In this document: positions 1 to 9,920 of the stretch, in pieces
Position numbering within the stretch: the first letter of the stretch is position 1
How the letters are laid out: the number at the start of each line of letters is the position of its first letter
DNA from: Candidatus Woesearchaeota archaeon
GTDB lineage: Archaea; Nanobdellota; Nanobdellia; SCGC-AAA011-G17; JACPIM01
Length of the DNA stretch: 64,000 bases
Assembly (NCBI GenBank): GCA_043817645.1
Contig: JBDRGP010000013.1
Location: 21,687-85,686, forward strand
Reading direction: 5' to 3'
Made by a program: the position numbers and the translations under genes
The notes under the pieces: model-generated
What the model was told of the DNA's origin: nothing
The model's database searches: none
The model's input: only the letters and a program-made list of their open reading frames with translations

Positions 1-578
1 CTACTTTTTTCAACAACCTCTTTTGCCATCTCTTCAATATCTTCCTTACTCAACCTATCCTTTCCAACTTTCACTAATTCCCACTCCCCAGGTTTTCCCT
101 TTTTTGCATGAGGATAAGAATCTTCTTTCAAATGCACACTCATTGTTCTGCTATCAAAATACTTCTCAAGCTCTAATTTCTCTTTAGGCTCTTTTCTCTC
201 TAAGTGTATAACCTCTAATCCAAAGGCCTTTCCAGATTCAGCCTGAACAAAATCTCCAGTAATCAAAATTGCTTTTTCTTTAAATGCGATTTCTCTTATG
301 AGCGCATCAATTTCTCCAGATTTAGCAAATTTGATTTGTAGTTCATTTGGCCTGTCGCCAACAAATTCCAATTTTACTTTTTTACTTTTTCTTATCTCCT
401 GTATTTCCTCTAAACCAATAAAACCTATCTCTAAACCTCTATTCCCTTGATTTTCTAATTCTGCAATAACCGCATTTGGGATTAAGATAGTCCCAGCTAT
501 TTTTTTCTTTTTGATTAGTTCAGTTACAGCTTTTTCTATAATAGCCGAAGTGTCCACAACATATTTTTTCTCTTCCAT
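1..578 (-). CDS. PIN-domain ATPase (PINA / PINc-VapC ATPase), N-terminal part, runs off window start
   Basis: Manual translation from ATG at 578: MEEKKYVVDTSAII...IPNAVIAELENQGNRG...GEIDALIR...LITGD..., a typical PIN domain followed by TMSVHLKE of the archaeal PINA family. Confidence 0.85.
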   Translation of the reverse strand, partial: MEEKKYVVDTSAIIEKAVTELIKKKKIAGTILIPNAVIAELENQGNRGLEIGFIGLEEIQEIRKSKKVKLEFVGDRPNELQIKFAKSGEIDALIREIAFKEKAILITGDFVQAESGKAFGLEVIHLERKEPKEKLELEKYFDSRTMSVHLKEDSYPHAKKGKPGEWELVKVGKDRLSKEDIEEMAKEVVEKS

Positions 579-730
579 TTTGTATCCTTTTTCCTAACCT
601 TTCTCTCTAAGAAAAGCTAATCGAAACGTTTTTAAACGCAAATTCTTTAATAATAATAAGATTAGATAATCGAGAATAAGCAGCTTGGTTATCTAATCTA
701 AAGAAAAAGTGGTTTTTAAAGCTTTCTAAT

Positions 731-1003
731 TTAATTTTGTGACTGAATGTATTTCTTAATTCTTTCAACATTAGTTCCATAATTCGTAGCCAATCCCACA
801 TCCTTGAATCTTCCAGCATTTTCAGCCAAATAACCTCCAAAAAGAAGTCCACAATCCCTACATCCCTCTTTATGAGCAAACGCCCTTGGAACTAAACGAC
901 CATTATCTTCCACATGCAAATCCACATCACCAGATATTAACGCCTCAAAAAGAGTTTCTACGTTAGCTCCAAATATATCGCAAGTAATTTTCTCGATTCC
1001 CAT
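731..1003 (-). CDS. hypothetical protein
   Basis: 90-aa ORF co-oriented with and closely packed against its neighbours; no recognised motif. Confidence 0.55.
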   Translation of the reverse strand: MGIEKITCDIFGANVETLFEALISGDVDLHVEDNGRLVPRAFAHKEGCRDCGLLFGGYLAENAGRFKDVGLATNYGTNVERIKKYIQSQN

Positions 1004-1006
1004 TTT

Positions 1007-1207
1007 CTATTCCAAAAACCAAGACTTAATGTCTTTCAAAGCAAAAGTTCTATCCGCTTTTTTATCAGGGTCATAAGCCACTAAACACCATTGTTTCTCT
1101 TTATGCCATTCGTTTGATGTAAAAATTATTTCTTTTGGAATTATCCGTCTTATCCCAGTCTCGCCTCTCCAATTGGTATACACAATCTTTACTTCTTTCT
1201 CTTCCAT
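1007..1207 (-). CDS. stand-alone WYL-domain protein
   Basis: I.YTNWRGE...R.I.P......W.L.AYD..K...RTF.L..I pattern of the WYL (Sm-like) fold. Confidence 0.7.
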   Translation of the reverse strand: MEEKEVKIVYTNWRGETGIRRIIPKEIIFTSNEWHKEKQWCLVAYDPDKKADRTFALKDIKSWFLE

Positions 1208-1900
1208 CTAAACTCTCCTAGCAAATAACAAAAACCCGGTATGCATTAATCCATTATGTTCTGGTCTAACTTTAAAACCATCAACAACCCACCCTCTTTC
1301 AATATTCTCTAAAACCTTCTCCAAATAAAACCCTTCTAAATTTTTAGCACACTCCATAACCTGATTAATATTAGTTAAATAACAAACCAAAAAACCACCA
1401 GACTTCAAACTTTTTTTAGCATGTAAAAAAACCTTCCAAGGATCTAGCAAATCTAAAACAACCAAATCCAAATTTTTTTCATCTATACCCTCATGAAGAT
1501 CTTTATTTTTCAGTTTTACTTGAACACCCAAAAATTCCAAATTCTTTTTAGCAATCTCAAAAAAAGACCTATTTTTTTCATAACTAACAACATTATCACT
1601 TACATTCCCTAGAAAAGCAGCAAGTACACCACAACCACTGCCCCCTTCAACGATTTTACTTTTTTGACTAATCCCAGTATGTGCAACAATCTCGCCAACG
1701 TCTTTTTTCAAAATAATCGCAGGCCCTCTTTTTATTTTCTCCAATTTATCCACAAAACCAGCATCAAAAACAATAAATTCATTTCCTAAATTACTCTTAA
1801 CAATCCCATTTTTAACATCTTTAATAACTCCCAGAGAAGTATGTAGCTCTCCTTTTTGCCAGAAATATTTATTTCCTTTTTTATCAATAACTACTTTCAT
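1208..1900 (-). CDS. trmI: tRNA (adenine57/58-N1)-methyltransferase
   Basis: KRGPAII..KD, EGGSGCG SAM motif, LDL.DPW, C-terminal RP.H..LMHTGFL. Confidence 0.9.
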   Translation of the reverse strand: MKVVIDKKGNKYFWQKGELHTSLGVIKDVKNGIVKSNLGNEFIVFDAGFVDKLEKIKRGPAIILKKDVGEIVAHTGISQKSKIVEGGSGCGVLAAFLGNVSDNVVSYEKNRSFFEIAKKNLEFLGVQVKLKNKDLHEGIDEKNLDLVVLDLLDPWKVFLHAKKSLKSGGFLVCYLTNINQVMECAKNLEGFYLEKVLENIERGWVVDGFKVRPEHNGLMHTGFLLFARRV

Positions 1901-1907
1901 AATAGAT

Positions 1908-2834
1908 TCAGTTAATTAACCCTTTAAAATAATTTATTGTTTTGGAAAGGCCCTCATCCAGCTGCACTACTGGCCCCCATCCCAATTTTTCCTTAGCTAA
2001 AGTTATGTTGGGATTTCTTTTTTTAGGATCATCTTCAGGAAGTTTTTCAAAAATTATCTTAGAACCACTACCAATAAGATTAACCACCTTATTAGCAAAA
2101 TCAGTTATAGTAAACTCATTAGGATTTCCTAAATTTGTAGGACCGGTTTCATTTGATTCCATCATTTTTATAAGACCCTCAACCATATCAGAAATATAAC
2201 AAAAGCTTCTTGTTTGATTACCATCGCCAAAAACAGTTATATCTTTCCCTTGCAAGGCTTGCACAACAAAATTAGAAACAACCCTCCCATCACCGATCTC
2301 CATTTTTGGCCCGTATGTATTAAATATCCTAGCTATCTTCACATTCAACCCATACATTCTTTTATAATCCATAATTAAGGTTTCAGCAGCCCTTTTCCCC
2401 TCATCGTAACAAGCTCTAATCCCAATTGAATTCACATTTCCCCAATATTTTTCAGTCTGAGGATGTTCTAAAGGATCGCCATAAATCTCAGAAGTAGATG
2501 CTTGTAAAAGTACACAACCATTCTTCCTGCATAATTCAAGCATATTCCTTATCCCAAGTACACTCGTCTCAAAAGTTTTTATGGGATTTTTTTGATAATG
2601 AACAGGAGAGGCAGGACACGCCAAATTATATATCTGATCTACTTCGATATCAATAGGTTCTGTTACGTCTTTCTCTAAAAATTCAAAATCTGGATTATCC
2701 ATCAAATGTTTAATATTATCTTTGGACCCAGTATACAAATTATCTAGACAAATAACTTTATGCCCCTTGTTTAACAAGGCTCCACATAAATGACTTCCGA
2801 TAAACCCTGCTCCACCAGTAACTAATATTCTCAT
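1908..2834 (-). CDS. UDP-glucuronate decarboxylase (UDP-xylose synthase-like) extended SDR
   Basis: [43 protein letters not shown]. Confidence 0.92.
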   Translation of the reverse strand: MRILVTGGAGFIGSHLCGALLNKGHKVICLDNLYTGSKDNIKHLMDNPDFEFLEKDVTEPIDIEVDQIYNLACPASPVHYQKNPIKTFETSVLGIRNMLELCRKNGCVLLQASTSEIYGDPLEHPQTEKYWGNVNSIGIRACYDEGKRAAETLIMDYKRMYGLNVKIARIFNTYGPKMEIGDGRVVSNFVVQALQGKDITVFGDGNQTRSFCYISDMVEGLIKMMESNETGPTNLGNPNEFTITDFANKVVNLIGSGSKIIFEKLPEDDPKKRNPNITLAKEKLGWGPVVQLDEGLSKTINYFKGLIN

Positions 2835-2871
2835 GTTTAATCTTAGTAATAATTCTCTTTAATATAAACCT

Positions 2872-4233
2872 TTAGCTTCTTTGAGTAATCTGTCTTCTCC
2901 CAATAGAATAATACTCAAATCCTCTTTTTTCCATCTGGTTTGGGTTATACAAATTTCTCCCATCAAACACTATTGGGTTCTTCAATTCTTTATGGATTCT
3001 ATCAAAATCAGGAGACCTAAACGCATCCCATTCAGTACAAACCACCAAGGCATCACAACCATTAAGTGCAAAATATTGTTGATCAACAATAACAACTTTT
3101 CCCATACCCATCTGAGCAGTCAATTCTCTGCTCGCATTATCTCCTGCAATAGGGTCATATGCCACGACCCTGGCTCCCCTTCCAGTTAAAAGTTTTATTG
3201 CCTCTATCGCAGGAGACTCCCTAACATCATCTGTATCAGCCTTAAAAGCCAATCCCCACATACCAAGTGTCAGACTATCTAAGTTCTCATCATAATCTCT
3301 ACCAAAGCGTGAAATCACCTTTTCAGATAAAACTCTTTTTTGTGCCGCATTTCTCTGATAGGCTCCTTCCAAAACCCAAGATTTTAACCCCCCCCTTTTT
3401 ATTTGTTCAATTAAAGTAGGCAAATCTTTAGGAAAACAACTCCCTCCGTATCCTTGCCCAGGGAAAAGGTAATGCATTCCAATTCTTCTATCAGAACCCA
3501 TGCCTAATCGAACTTCATCAATATCAGCACCAATAGCTTCTGCAAAATTTGCAATTTCATTAATAAAAGAAATTCTCATTGCTAAATAGGCATTTGCTGC
3601 AAGCTTTGATAATTCCGAAGAAGAAGGATTCATATACAAGACTCCTCCACCCCCTCTTCTCAAAAAAGGGGCATACAACTCATCACAAACATTCTGAACT
3701 ATTTCACGGTGATCTGTACCAACTATAACCCTATCTGGCCTTTTTGTATCTGCAACAGCCTTTCCTTCTACTAAAAACTCAGGATTTGAAACAACAACAA
3801 CATTTTGTCCATGATCGTCAAAAAATTCCTGAACTTCTCGTGTAGTTCCAACAGGCACAGTACTTTTTATTGCAAGAATTTTTCGATCTTCACCAACAGC
3901 CTCCTGAATACTTCGTGCAACACTCCAAATCTGTTCCGTATTCATAAAACGATTTTCAAATGGCGTTCCAACAGCAGCAATCAACAAATCGGAATCCCTA
4001 ACTGCTCTCACCACATCAGAACTAAACCTTAGAAAAGGAGTATCCCCTTCAGAATTTGTAACATTGCTCAGGATTCCGCCCAATCCATCTTCCTCTATAG
4101 GCACTCCACCCAATTTTAATAATGCAATTTTATCTTTATCAATATCGTAAGCTGTAACATGATTACCCTTTTCTGCCAAACAAGCAGCAGTAGTTAATCC
4201 CACATACCCTGCGCCAAAAACTGAAATTTTCAT
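2872..4233 (-). CDS. ugd: UDP-glucose/GDP-mannose 6-dehydrogenase
   Basis: GAGYVG, KSTVPVGT, SNPEFL, GYGGSCFPKD catalytic Cys motif. Confidence 0.92.
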   Translation of the reverse strand: MKISVFGAGYVGLTTAACLAEKGNHVTAYDIDKDKIALLKLGGVPIEEDGLGGILSNVTNSEGDTPFLRFSSDVVRAVRDSDLLIAAVGTPFENRFMNTEQIWSVARSIQEAVGEDRKILAIKSTVPVGTTREVQEFFDDHGQNVVVVSNPEFLVEGKAVADTKRPDRVIVGTDHREIVQNVCDELYAPFLRRGGGGVLYMNPSSSELSKLAANAYLAMRISFINEIANFAEAIGADIDEVRLGMGSDRRIGMHYLFPGQGYGGSCFPKDLPTLIEQIKRGGLKSWVLEGAYQRNAAQKRVLSEKVISRFGRDYDENLDSLTLGMWGLAFKADTDDVRESPAIEAIKLLTGRGARVVAYDPIAGDNASRELTAQMGMGKVVIVDQQYFALNGCDALVVCTEWDAFRSPDFDRIHKELKNPIVFDGRNLYNPNQMEKRGFEYYSIGRRQITQRS

Positions 4234-4300
4234 AGAAAATTGACTCTAAGGCGCCCTTTAAAAACATTTATCTCTTTTAAACAATATTAGAAAAAACATA

Positions 4301-4429
4301 TGCGGGGAACAGGATTCGAACCTGCGTAGGCACTAAGCCAATGGATTTTGAGTCCATCCCGTCTAGTCTTTCTTTTCCTAGGTTTTCTTTTCCAAAGAAA
4401 AGCTAATTTGACCGCTCCGGCATCCCCGC
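4301..4429 (-). tRNA. tRNA-Leu(CAA) with a 45-nt intron at non-canonical position 21/22 (intron 4363-4407)
   Basis: Minus strand: GCGGGGA acceptor, D arm CCG..CGG, anticodon arm ATGGA-CTCAAAA-TCCAT, long variable arm, GGTTCGAATCC T arm; the insertion in the D-loop forms a GGTC/GACT 4-bp helix with AAA and AGA bulges. Confidence 0.93.
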
Positions 4430-4533
4430 ATAATAAGACTATCCCTAACATTATCCCTTTTAAATTCTTCTCTTCCCCCTATCAAAACATTAATAAATAA
4501 CGATTTCGAACTTAAAAGTAATAAGGGGTAAAA

Positions 4534-5901
4534 ATGAAGAAATTATTTTTAAGCATATTAGTTTTAACTCTAATTATTCCGTCCATCTTAGCAATACAAT
4601 CAGCATCATACCAAGTAGGGGGCGCGGATCCAGAGGTCCTAAAAATAGAATTATTAAGTTATGATCCCTCTCCCATCCAGCCAGGAACAGATTTCACAGC
4701 AACATTCAGAGTTAAAAACCTGGGATATCCAAAAATAACAAACTTCTATTTTCAATTTGTAGATGATTTCCCATTAACAACAAACACTGAAAAAATAAAA
4801 CTCCCAGATTTGACTATAGGAAAAACATATACTCTCACTCACGATTTTCATGTAGACTCTATAGCAGAAACTTCTTTTAATTTAGATTTTCAATACGAAG
4901 GAAGTTTTTCAGATGAAATCATATCAGAATCATTTACAATACCATTAGAAACTTTAGATAGAAATATTGCATTTGATAGAGTAACTGTAAAACCAGAAAG
5001 AATCGCGCCAGGAGAATCAGCAGAAGTAACACTAACATTACAAAACTCTGCACCAGTAACTCTAACAGACATTGATATAAAATTAAATTTTTCAGAGCCC
5101 TTCTCACCAATAAAAACAACAAATGAAAGAAGAATTACTTCATTAGCTCCTAATGGGAAATCATCAGTAACCTTCAATGTACAGGTTAGTCCTGATGCAG
5201 ATATAGATTCTTATTCTCTGCCTTTAGAGATTACTTTCTATGATACCAATGAAAACAAATTTACCAAATCATTAAAATTGGGATTGGTAGTCTATTCAGA
5301 ATCAGAATATGAATTGAATCTAGAAGAATCAGACCCATTAATAAGAGGAACATCCCCAACAGTAACAATTTCTTTATCAGACATCGGAACTTCAGACATA
5401 AAGTTTTTATCTATGGAACTATCATCAACAGATAAATATATAGTCACATCCAATCCAAGAATTTATCTAGGAAACCTAGAACCAGATGATTTTGAAACCG
5501 CAGAGTATACTATTTTCTTAAAAAATTGTTATTTTCGATGTCCCGAGGAAATACCATTAACTTTTAGATTATCCTACAAAGACAATTTCAATAAACAAAT
5601 CTTGGATGAGAAATCCCTAGTCATAAGAACTTACTCAAAAAGAGAAGCTAAAAAATTTGGTTTATCAGTAACAAAAAGATCTTATACAGCCCTTTATATC
5701 TTAATCTTAGTAATTCTCGCATACATGACTATAAAAGAGTACAGGAAAGTAAAGGACTTACCAAAAGCAATCAAAACTGCAATCAAAAAATTCATTTTAG
5801 GAATATTAAGGTTTGTAGTTTCAATATTTAGACATCTCCGATGGCGTTACATAAAAAGAGTTCCAAGAAAACTAAGAGTCTTTTTAATTAAATTGCGATG
5901 A
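4534..5901 (+). CDS. COG1361-type S-layer-domain / Ig-like membrane protein accompanying ABC exporter
   Basis: Signal peptide, repeated P..I.PG..F...F.V.N.G Ig-like modules, C-terminal TM and basic tail; upstream of MacB-like permeases. Confidence 0.8.
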   Translation: MKKLFLSILVLTLIIPSILAIQSASYQVGGADPEVLKIELLSYDPSPIQPGTDFTATFRVKNLGYPKITNFYFQFVDDFPLTTNTEKIKLPDLTIGKTYTLTHDFHVDSIAETSFNLDFQYEGSFSDEIISESFTIPLETLDRNIAFDRVTVKPERIAPGESAEVTLTLQNSAPVTLTDIDIKLNFSEPFSPIKTTNERRITSLAPNGKSSVTFNVQVSPDADIDSYSLPLEITFYDTNENKFTKSLKLGLVVYSESEYELNLEESDPLIRGTSPTVTISLSDIGTSDIKFLSMELSSTDKYIVTSNPRIYLGNLEPDDFETAEYTIFLKNCYFRCPEEIPLTFRLSYKDNFNKQILDEKSLVIRTYSKREAKKFGLSVTKRSYTALYILILVILAYMTIKEYRKVKDLPKAIKTAIKKFILGILRFVVSIFRHLRWRYIKRVPRKLRVFLIKLR

Positions 5902-7079
5902 TAGAATATCTCAAACTTGCCGTAGGCAATATAACCCATCGAAAACTAAGATCTTTTTTAACTGTGCTCGGAATTGTTATAGGCATAACAGCCATAATTT
6001 CACTAATCACTGTTTCTCAAGGTTTAGAAAATTTTGTAACAGAACAATTTGAAAAAATAGGCACAGATAGATTATATGTAATGCCCGCAATGTTTGGCTT
6101 AGACCTGGGAGAAGGTCTCACAACAGACGACGTTGACCTAATAAAAAAACAACCAGAAGTTGAATGGATAAATCCCTTCCTGATGACCAGCACAGAGATG
6201 ACCTTCGGAAACGAAGATGGCTTTATCCAATATGCCGGGGGAGTAGAGACAGATGATCTTGAAAAAAAATTTGAAGATCTTGATGTAACAGCAGCAAAAG
6301 GAAGATTCTTCAAAAATGGTGAAAAAGGCGTGGTAATGTTAGGCCATAAAATAGCTTATGATTTCTTTGATAAAGAGGTTCGTGTAAATAACCAAGTAGA
6401 AGTCAAGGGAAAAAAACTTCGTGTTATTGGAATCTTGAGCGAAATTGGTAATTCAGAAGATGATTCCGCTGTTTATTTTGCAATGGAAGATGCACGTGAA
6501 TTATTTAATAAACCAGATGAAATTAGCGCAATTGAAATAAAAGTAAAACCCGGAGTGGACATAACCTTCTTTGCAGATAAATTATCTAAAAAACTAGAAA
6601 AAGCAAGAGATGATGATTTCTTCTCAGTACTGACCCCAGAACAACTTCTAGAGCAATTTGGTTCAATTTTAAATATAATACAAGTAATATTGGGAAGCAT
6701 AGCAGCAATCTCTCTTGTAGTAGGAGGCATAGGAATAATGAACTCAATGTATACTTCAGTTTTAGAAAGAACAAGAGACATAGGAATAATGAAATCAATA
6801 GGAGCTAAAAATTCTGCAATTTTGATGGTTTTCTTAACAGAATCAGCAATATTGGGACTTATTGGAGGTATTGTAGGAATTATTATTGGCTCAGGATTTG
6901 CTTTAATCATAGACGCCGGAGCAAAACAAGCAGGATATGCAGTATTATCAATAAGTATTGATCCAAAAGTAGTTCTTGGTGGATTATTATTTGCAATAAT
7001 CATTGGAAGTATTTCAGGTGCACTTCCAGCACACAGAGCATCAAAATTAAAACCAGTGGAGGCGTTGCGCTTTGACTAA
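5898..7079 (+). CDS. ABC transporter permease, MacB/FtsX family
   Basis: RKLRSFLT.LGI.IG, VGGIGIMNSM..SV.ERTRDIGIMKSIGA, PA.RASKLKPVEALR. Confidence 0.92.
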   Translation: MIEYLKLAVGNITHRKLRSFLTVLGIVIGITAIISLITVSQGLENFVTEQFEKIGTDRLYVMPAMFGLDLGEGLTTDDVDLIKKQPEVEWINPFLMTSTEMTFGNEDGFIQYAGGVETDDLEKKFEDLDVTAAKGRFFKNGEKGVVMLGHKIAYDFFDKEVRVNNQVEVKGKKLRVIGILSEIGNSEDDSAVYFAMEDARELFNKPDEISAIEIKVKPGVDITFFADKLSKKLEKARDDDFFSVLTPEQLLEQFGSILNIIQVILGSIAAISLVVGGIGIMNSMYTSVLERTRDIGIMKSIGAKNSAILMVFLTESAILGLIGGIVGIIIGSGFALIIDAGAKQAGYAVLSISIDPKVVLGGLLFAIIIGSISGALPAHRASKLKPVEALRFD

Positions 7080-8259
7080 TGCACTTATAAGGCTGGCTGT
7101 CGGTTACATAACCCACAGAAAACTAAGATCCTGGCTAACCACTTTAGGAATTATAATAGGAATTGCATCAATAGTGGCCTTAGTAACAGTAAGCGAAGGA
7201 CTAGAAACAGCGATAGAAGAACAATTCGAACAATTTGGAGTATCAATAGTTAGAGTAGTACCAAGAGGTTTGAGGGGAGCGCCAACAGAAACAAGTGTTC
7301 TATCTCAGGATGATACCGCGACTGTCAAAAAAGTCAAAGGCTTAGAATATGTAGCAGAACTTTTTACCCAAAATGGGAAAGTAGAATACAACAACAAAGA
7401 AAACCTTATAATGGTTCAATCACTAGACCCAAAACTAGCGAAAGATGCTTTTTATGATTTAAACTTTGAAATAGATGATGGAAGAATCCTCGAACCAGGA
7501 GATACAAGTGTAGCTATCGTTGGTGCAACCTTAGGAGATGACTTATTCGACAAGGAAATCTTAGTAAAAAATAGCATCAAAATTGAAGATAAAAAATTTA
7601 GAGTTGTAGGCGTATTCAAAGAAACAGGAACAATAGGCACAGACAACATAATCTTCACACCAATAGAAACAACAAGAAATCTATTTAATGAACCAAATGC
7701 AGTAACAATTATAGCAGCCAAGGTACAAGAAGGCTTAGATGTTGAGGAAATAAGGGAAAAAATAGAGTCTAAATTAAAAAGAGCAAGAGATAATGAAGAT
7801 TTTGATGTTATAACCCCAGCACAAATAATAGAGCAACTTAGTCTGATCCTCGGAGTAGTCCAATTTATCTTAATCGGAATAGCAGCAATCTCTCTTGTAG
7901 TAGGAGGCATAGGAATAATGAACTCAATGTATACCTCAGTTTTAGAAAGAACAAGAGATATAGGCATAATGAAATCCATCGGAGCTAAAAATTCAGATGT
8001 TTTAATGATTTTCGTATTTGAGGCAGGAATATTTGGTTTAGTGGGAGGTTTAGTGGGCGGAATAGGTGGAACAGCAGTTTCTTTCCTAATAAAAGGAATC
8101 GCAAAAGTTTTTAACTTCGGTTTATTATCAATTTCAGTTAACTATGGATTGATAGTTTTCGCAACCTTATTCGCATTCGCTGTTGGAGTTATAGCAGGCT
8201 TAGCTCCGGCATATAGAGCAGCAAAGTTAAAACCTGTAGACGCACTAAGGTATGAATAA
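7072..8259 (+). CDS. ABC transporter permease, MacB/FtsX family (paralog)
   Basis: Same motifs as the preceding gene. Confidence 0.92.
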   Translation: MTNALIRLAVGYITHRKLRSWLTTLGIIIGIASIVALVTVSEGLETAIEEQFEQFGVSIVRVVPRGLRGAPTETSVLSQDDTATVKKVKGLEYVAELFTQNGKVEYNNKENLIMVQSLDPKLAKDAFYDLNFEIDDGRILEPGDTSVAIVGATLGDDLFDKEILVKNSIKIEDKKFRVVGVFKETGTIGTDNIIFTPIETTRNLFNEPNAVTIIAAKVQEGLDVEEIREKIESKLKRARDNEDFDVITPAQIIEQLSLILGVVQFILIGIAAISLVVGGIGIMNSMYTSVLERTRDIGIMKSIGAKNSDVLMIFVFEAGIFGLVGGLVGGIGGTAVSFLIKGIAKVFNFGLLSISVNYGLIVFATLFAFAVGVIAGLAPAYRAAKLKPVDALRYE

Positions 8260-8947
8260 AATGGAAAAAGTAATTGAACTAAAACAGGTATGGAAGATAT
8301 ACAAAATAGAAGAAGTAACCTACCCTGCATTAAGAGGAGCAACTCTGGATGTATTTAAAGGAGAGTTCTTAGCGATAATGGGGCCAAGTGGAAGCGGCAA
8401 GAGTACAATATTGAATTCAGTAGGAGCACTAGACGTTCCAACAAAAGGAGAAATACTTTTAGACGGAAAGAACATCGCACATTTGGCAGAATCAGAATTA
8501 GCACAAATAAGAGGAAGAAAAATAGGTTTCATATTCCAAGCATTTAATTTAATCTCCTCTCTAAACGCTTTAGAAAATGTAATCCTCCCAATGACTTTCC
8601 AAGGAATACAAGCAGATGAAAGAATAGCAAGAGCAAAGAAACTATTAGAGCTAGTAGGGTTGGAACACAGAATGAAAAATCTTCCCTCTCAACTGTCAGG
8701 TGGAGAGAAACAGAGAGTCGCGATAGCTAGATCCTTATCTAATAATCCAGAAGTTATACTTGCAGATGAACCAACAGGAAACTTGGATTCAAAAACAGGC
8801 AAGGAAATATTGGAATTATTAAGAAAACTTCAGAAATCAGAAAACAAGACATTAGTAATGGTCACACATGATAATAAAATAGCAAAACAGGCAGACAGGA
8901 CAGCCTATCTAAGCGATGGCAAGGTAATAAGAATAACAAAGAATTAA
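8252..8947 (+). CDS. ABC transporter ATP-binding protein (LolD/MacB-type)
   Basis: GPSGSGKS, LSGGEKQR, ILADEPTGNLD, VTHD. Confidence 0.95.
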   Translation: MNKMEKVIELKQVWKIYKIEEVTYPALRGATLDVFKGEFLAIMGPSGSGKSTILNSVGALDVPTKGEILLDGKNIAHLAESELAQIRGRKIGFIFQAFNLISSLNALENVILPMTFQGIQADERIARAKKLLELVGLEHRMKNLPSQLSGGEKQRVAIARSLSNNPEVILADEPTGNLDSKTGKEILELLRKLQKSENKTLVMVTHDNKIAKQADRTAYLSDGKVIRITKN

Positions 8948-8987
8948 TGTCGAAAATATTATATACAAACAATATACCTTTATACGC

Positions 8988-9884
8988 ATGAAAAGAGGTG
9001 CGATTTTTCTTTTTGCAATATTACTCGTAATCTCTACAGCCCCCGCTTTCTGTGGAGATGGTTTAGTAGATCCAGACGAATCAGAAACATGCACTTCTTG
9101 CCCACAAGACAATCCTTGTTTAGTAGACCAAAGATGTGTGAACAACAGGTGCATAAATAAATTAATCCCGCCATTACTCCTAAAAGAAGACCCAAAAGCA
9201 ACAATAATAATCCCAAGAGAAATCGCAGAAACTATAAACTCCTTATTAAACCAACCTCACGAATTTGCAGCTTGTCTTGAAGGAAGATATTCTGATGGCA
9301 TTTACCAAATAACAAAAATAGAATTTCCTGAAATTGCAGGCCAAGGTCTCTATGCAGTAGAACATGCAAAATGTAAAGGTCTTAGCGTCATAGCAACAAT
9401 ACACTCTCATCTAGATGGAAATTGCGAGATGTCAAGAGCAGATATCTTTAATTTTGGCCAAAAAAATGAACCTTTGGCAGCCATCATCTGCGGAGAGAAC
9501 GATATTGCCTTCTACTCCAAAAAAAGTTTTGATAAAAGAATGAATTATATCGTTAGAGAAATAGGAGATACTCGGCTTACTTACTTTTGGTCTCTTTTCC
9601 CTTGGGTTTTTTCAGGACTTCTAATAATCTCATTACTAATACTTTTTTACGAAAGAGAAAGAATCTACAATCTCCGAAAAAAAGAATTAGCTGTTTACTT
9701 AATAGAAAAATTCACTTCACAAGAAAAAAATATTATTAACACCTTGGTTGAAAAAGGAAGCCTTAAAAAACGAAAGATAAACTCGAGCTTACTCCTAAAA
9801 CTAACAAAAAAAGATCTAGTAGAAGAAAAAAATAATGAAATACGTTTAAGACATTGGTTCAAAAAAGCCCTTAAAAAAATATAG
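8988..9884 (+). CDS. membrane protein with Cys-rich N-terminus, JAB/JAMM metalloprotease-like domain, TM helix and C-terminal wHTH-like region
   Basis: Signal peptide; CGDG...E.C.SCP.D; E...HSH-x7-S-x2-D; TM FPWVFSGLLIISLLILFY; tail FTSQEKNIINTL... Confidence 0.65.
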   Translation: MKRGAIFLFAILLVISTAPAFCGDGLVDPDESETCTSCPQDNPCLVDQRCVNNRCINKLIPPLLLKEDPKATIIIPREIAETINSLLNQPHEFAACLEGRYSDGIYQITKIEFPEIAGQGLYAVEHAKCKGLSVIATIHSHLDGNCEMSRADIFNFGQKNEPLAAIICGENDIAFYSKKSFDKRMNYIVREIGDTRLTYFWSLFPWVFSGLLIISLLILFYERERIYNLRKKELAVYLIEKFTSQEKNIINTLVEKGSLKKRKINSSLLLKLTKKDLVEEKNNEIRLRHWFKKALKKI

Positions 9885-9920
9885 AAAATTATTTATTAAC
9901 CCTCCTCAGTTAATATTCCT

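Noticed and set aside
6017-8532. Long antisense ORFs over the ABC genes (and similar ones over ppdK, lhr and hsd genes)
   Set aside because: Shadow frames of well-supported genes on the opposite strand
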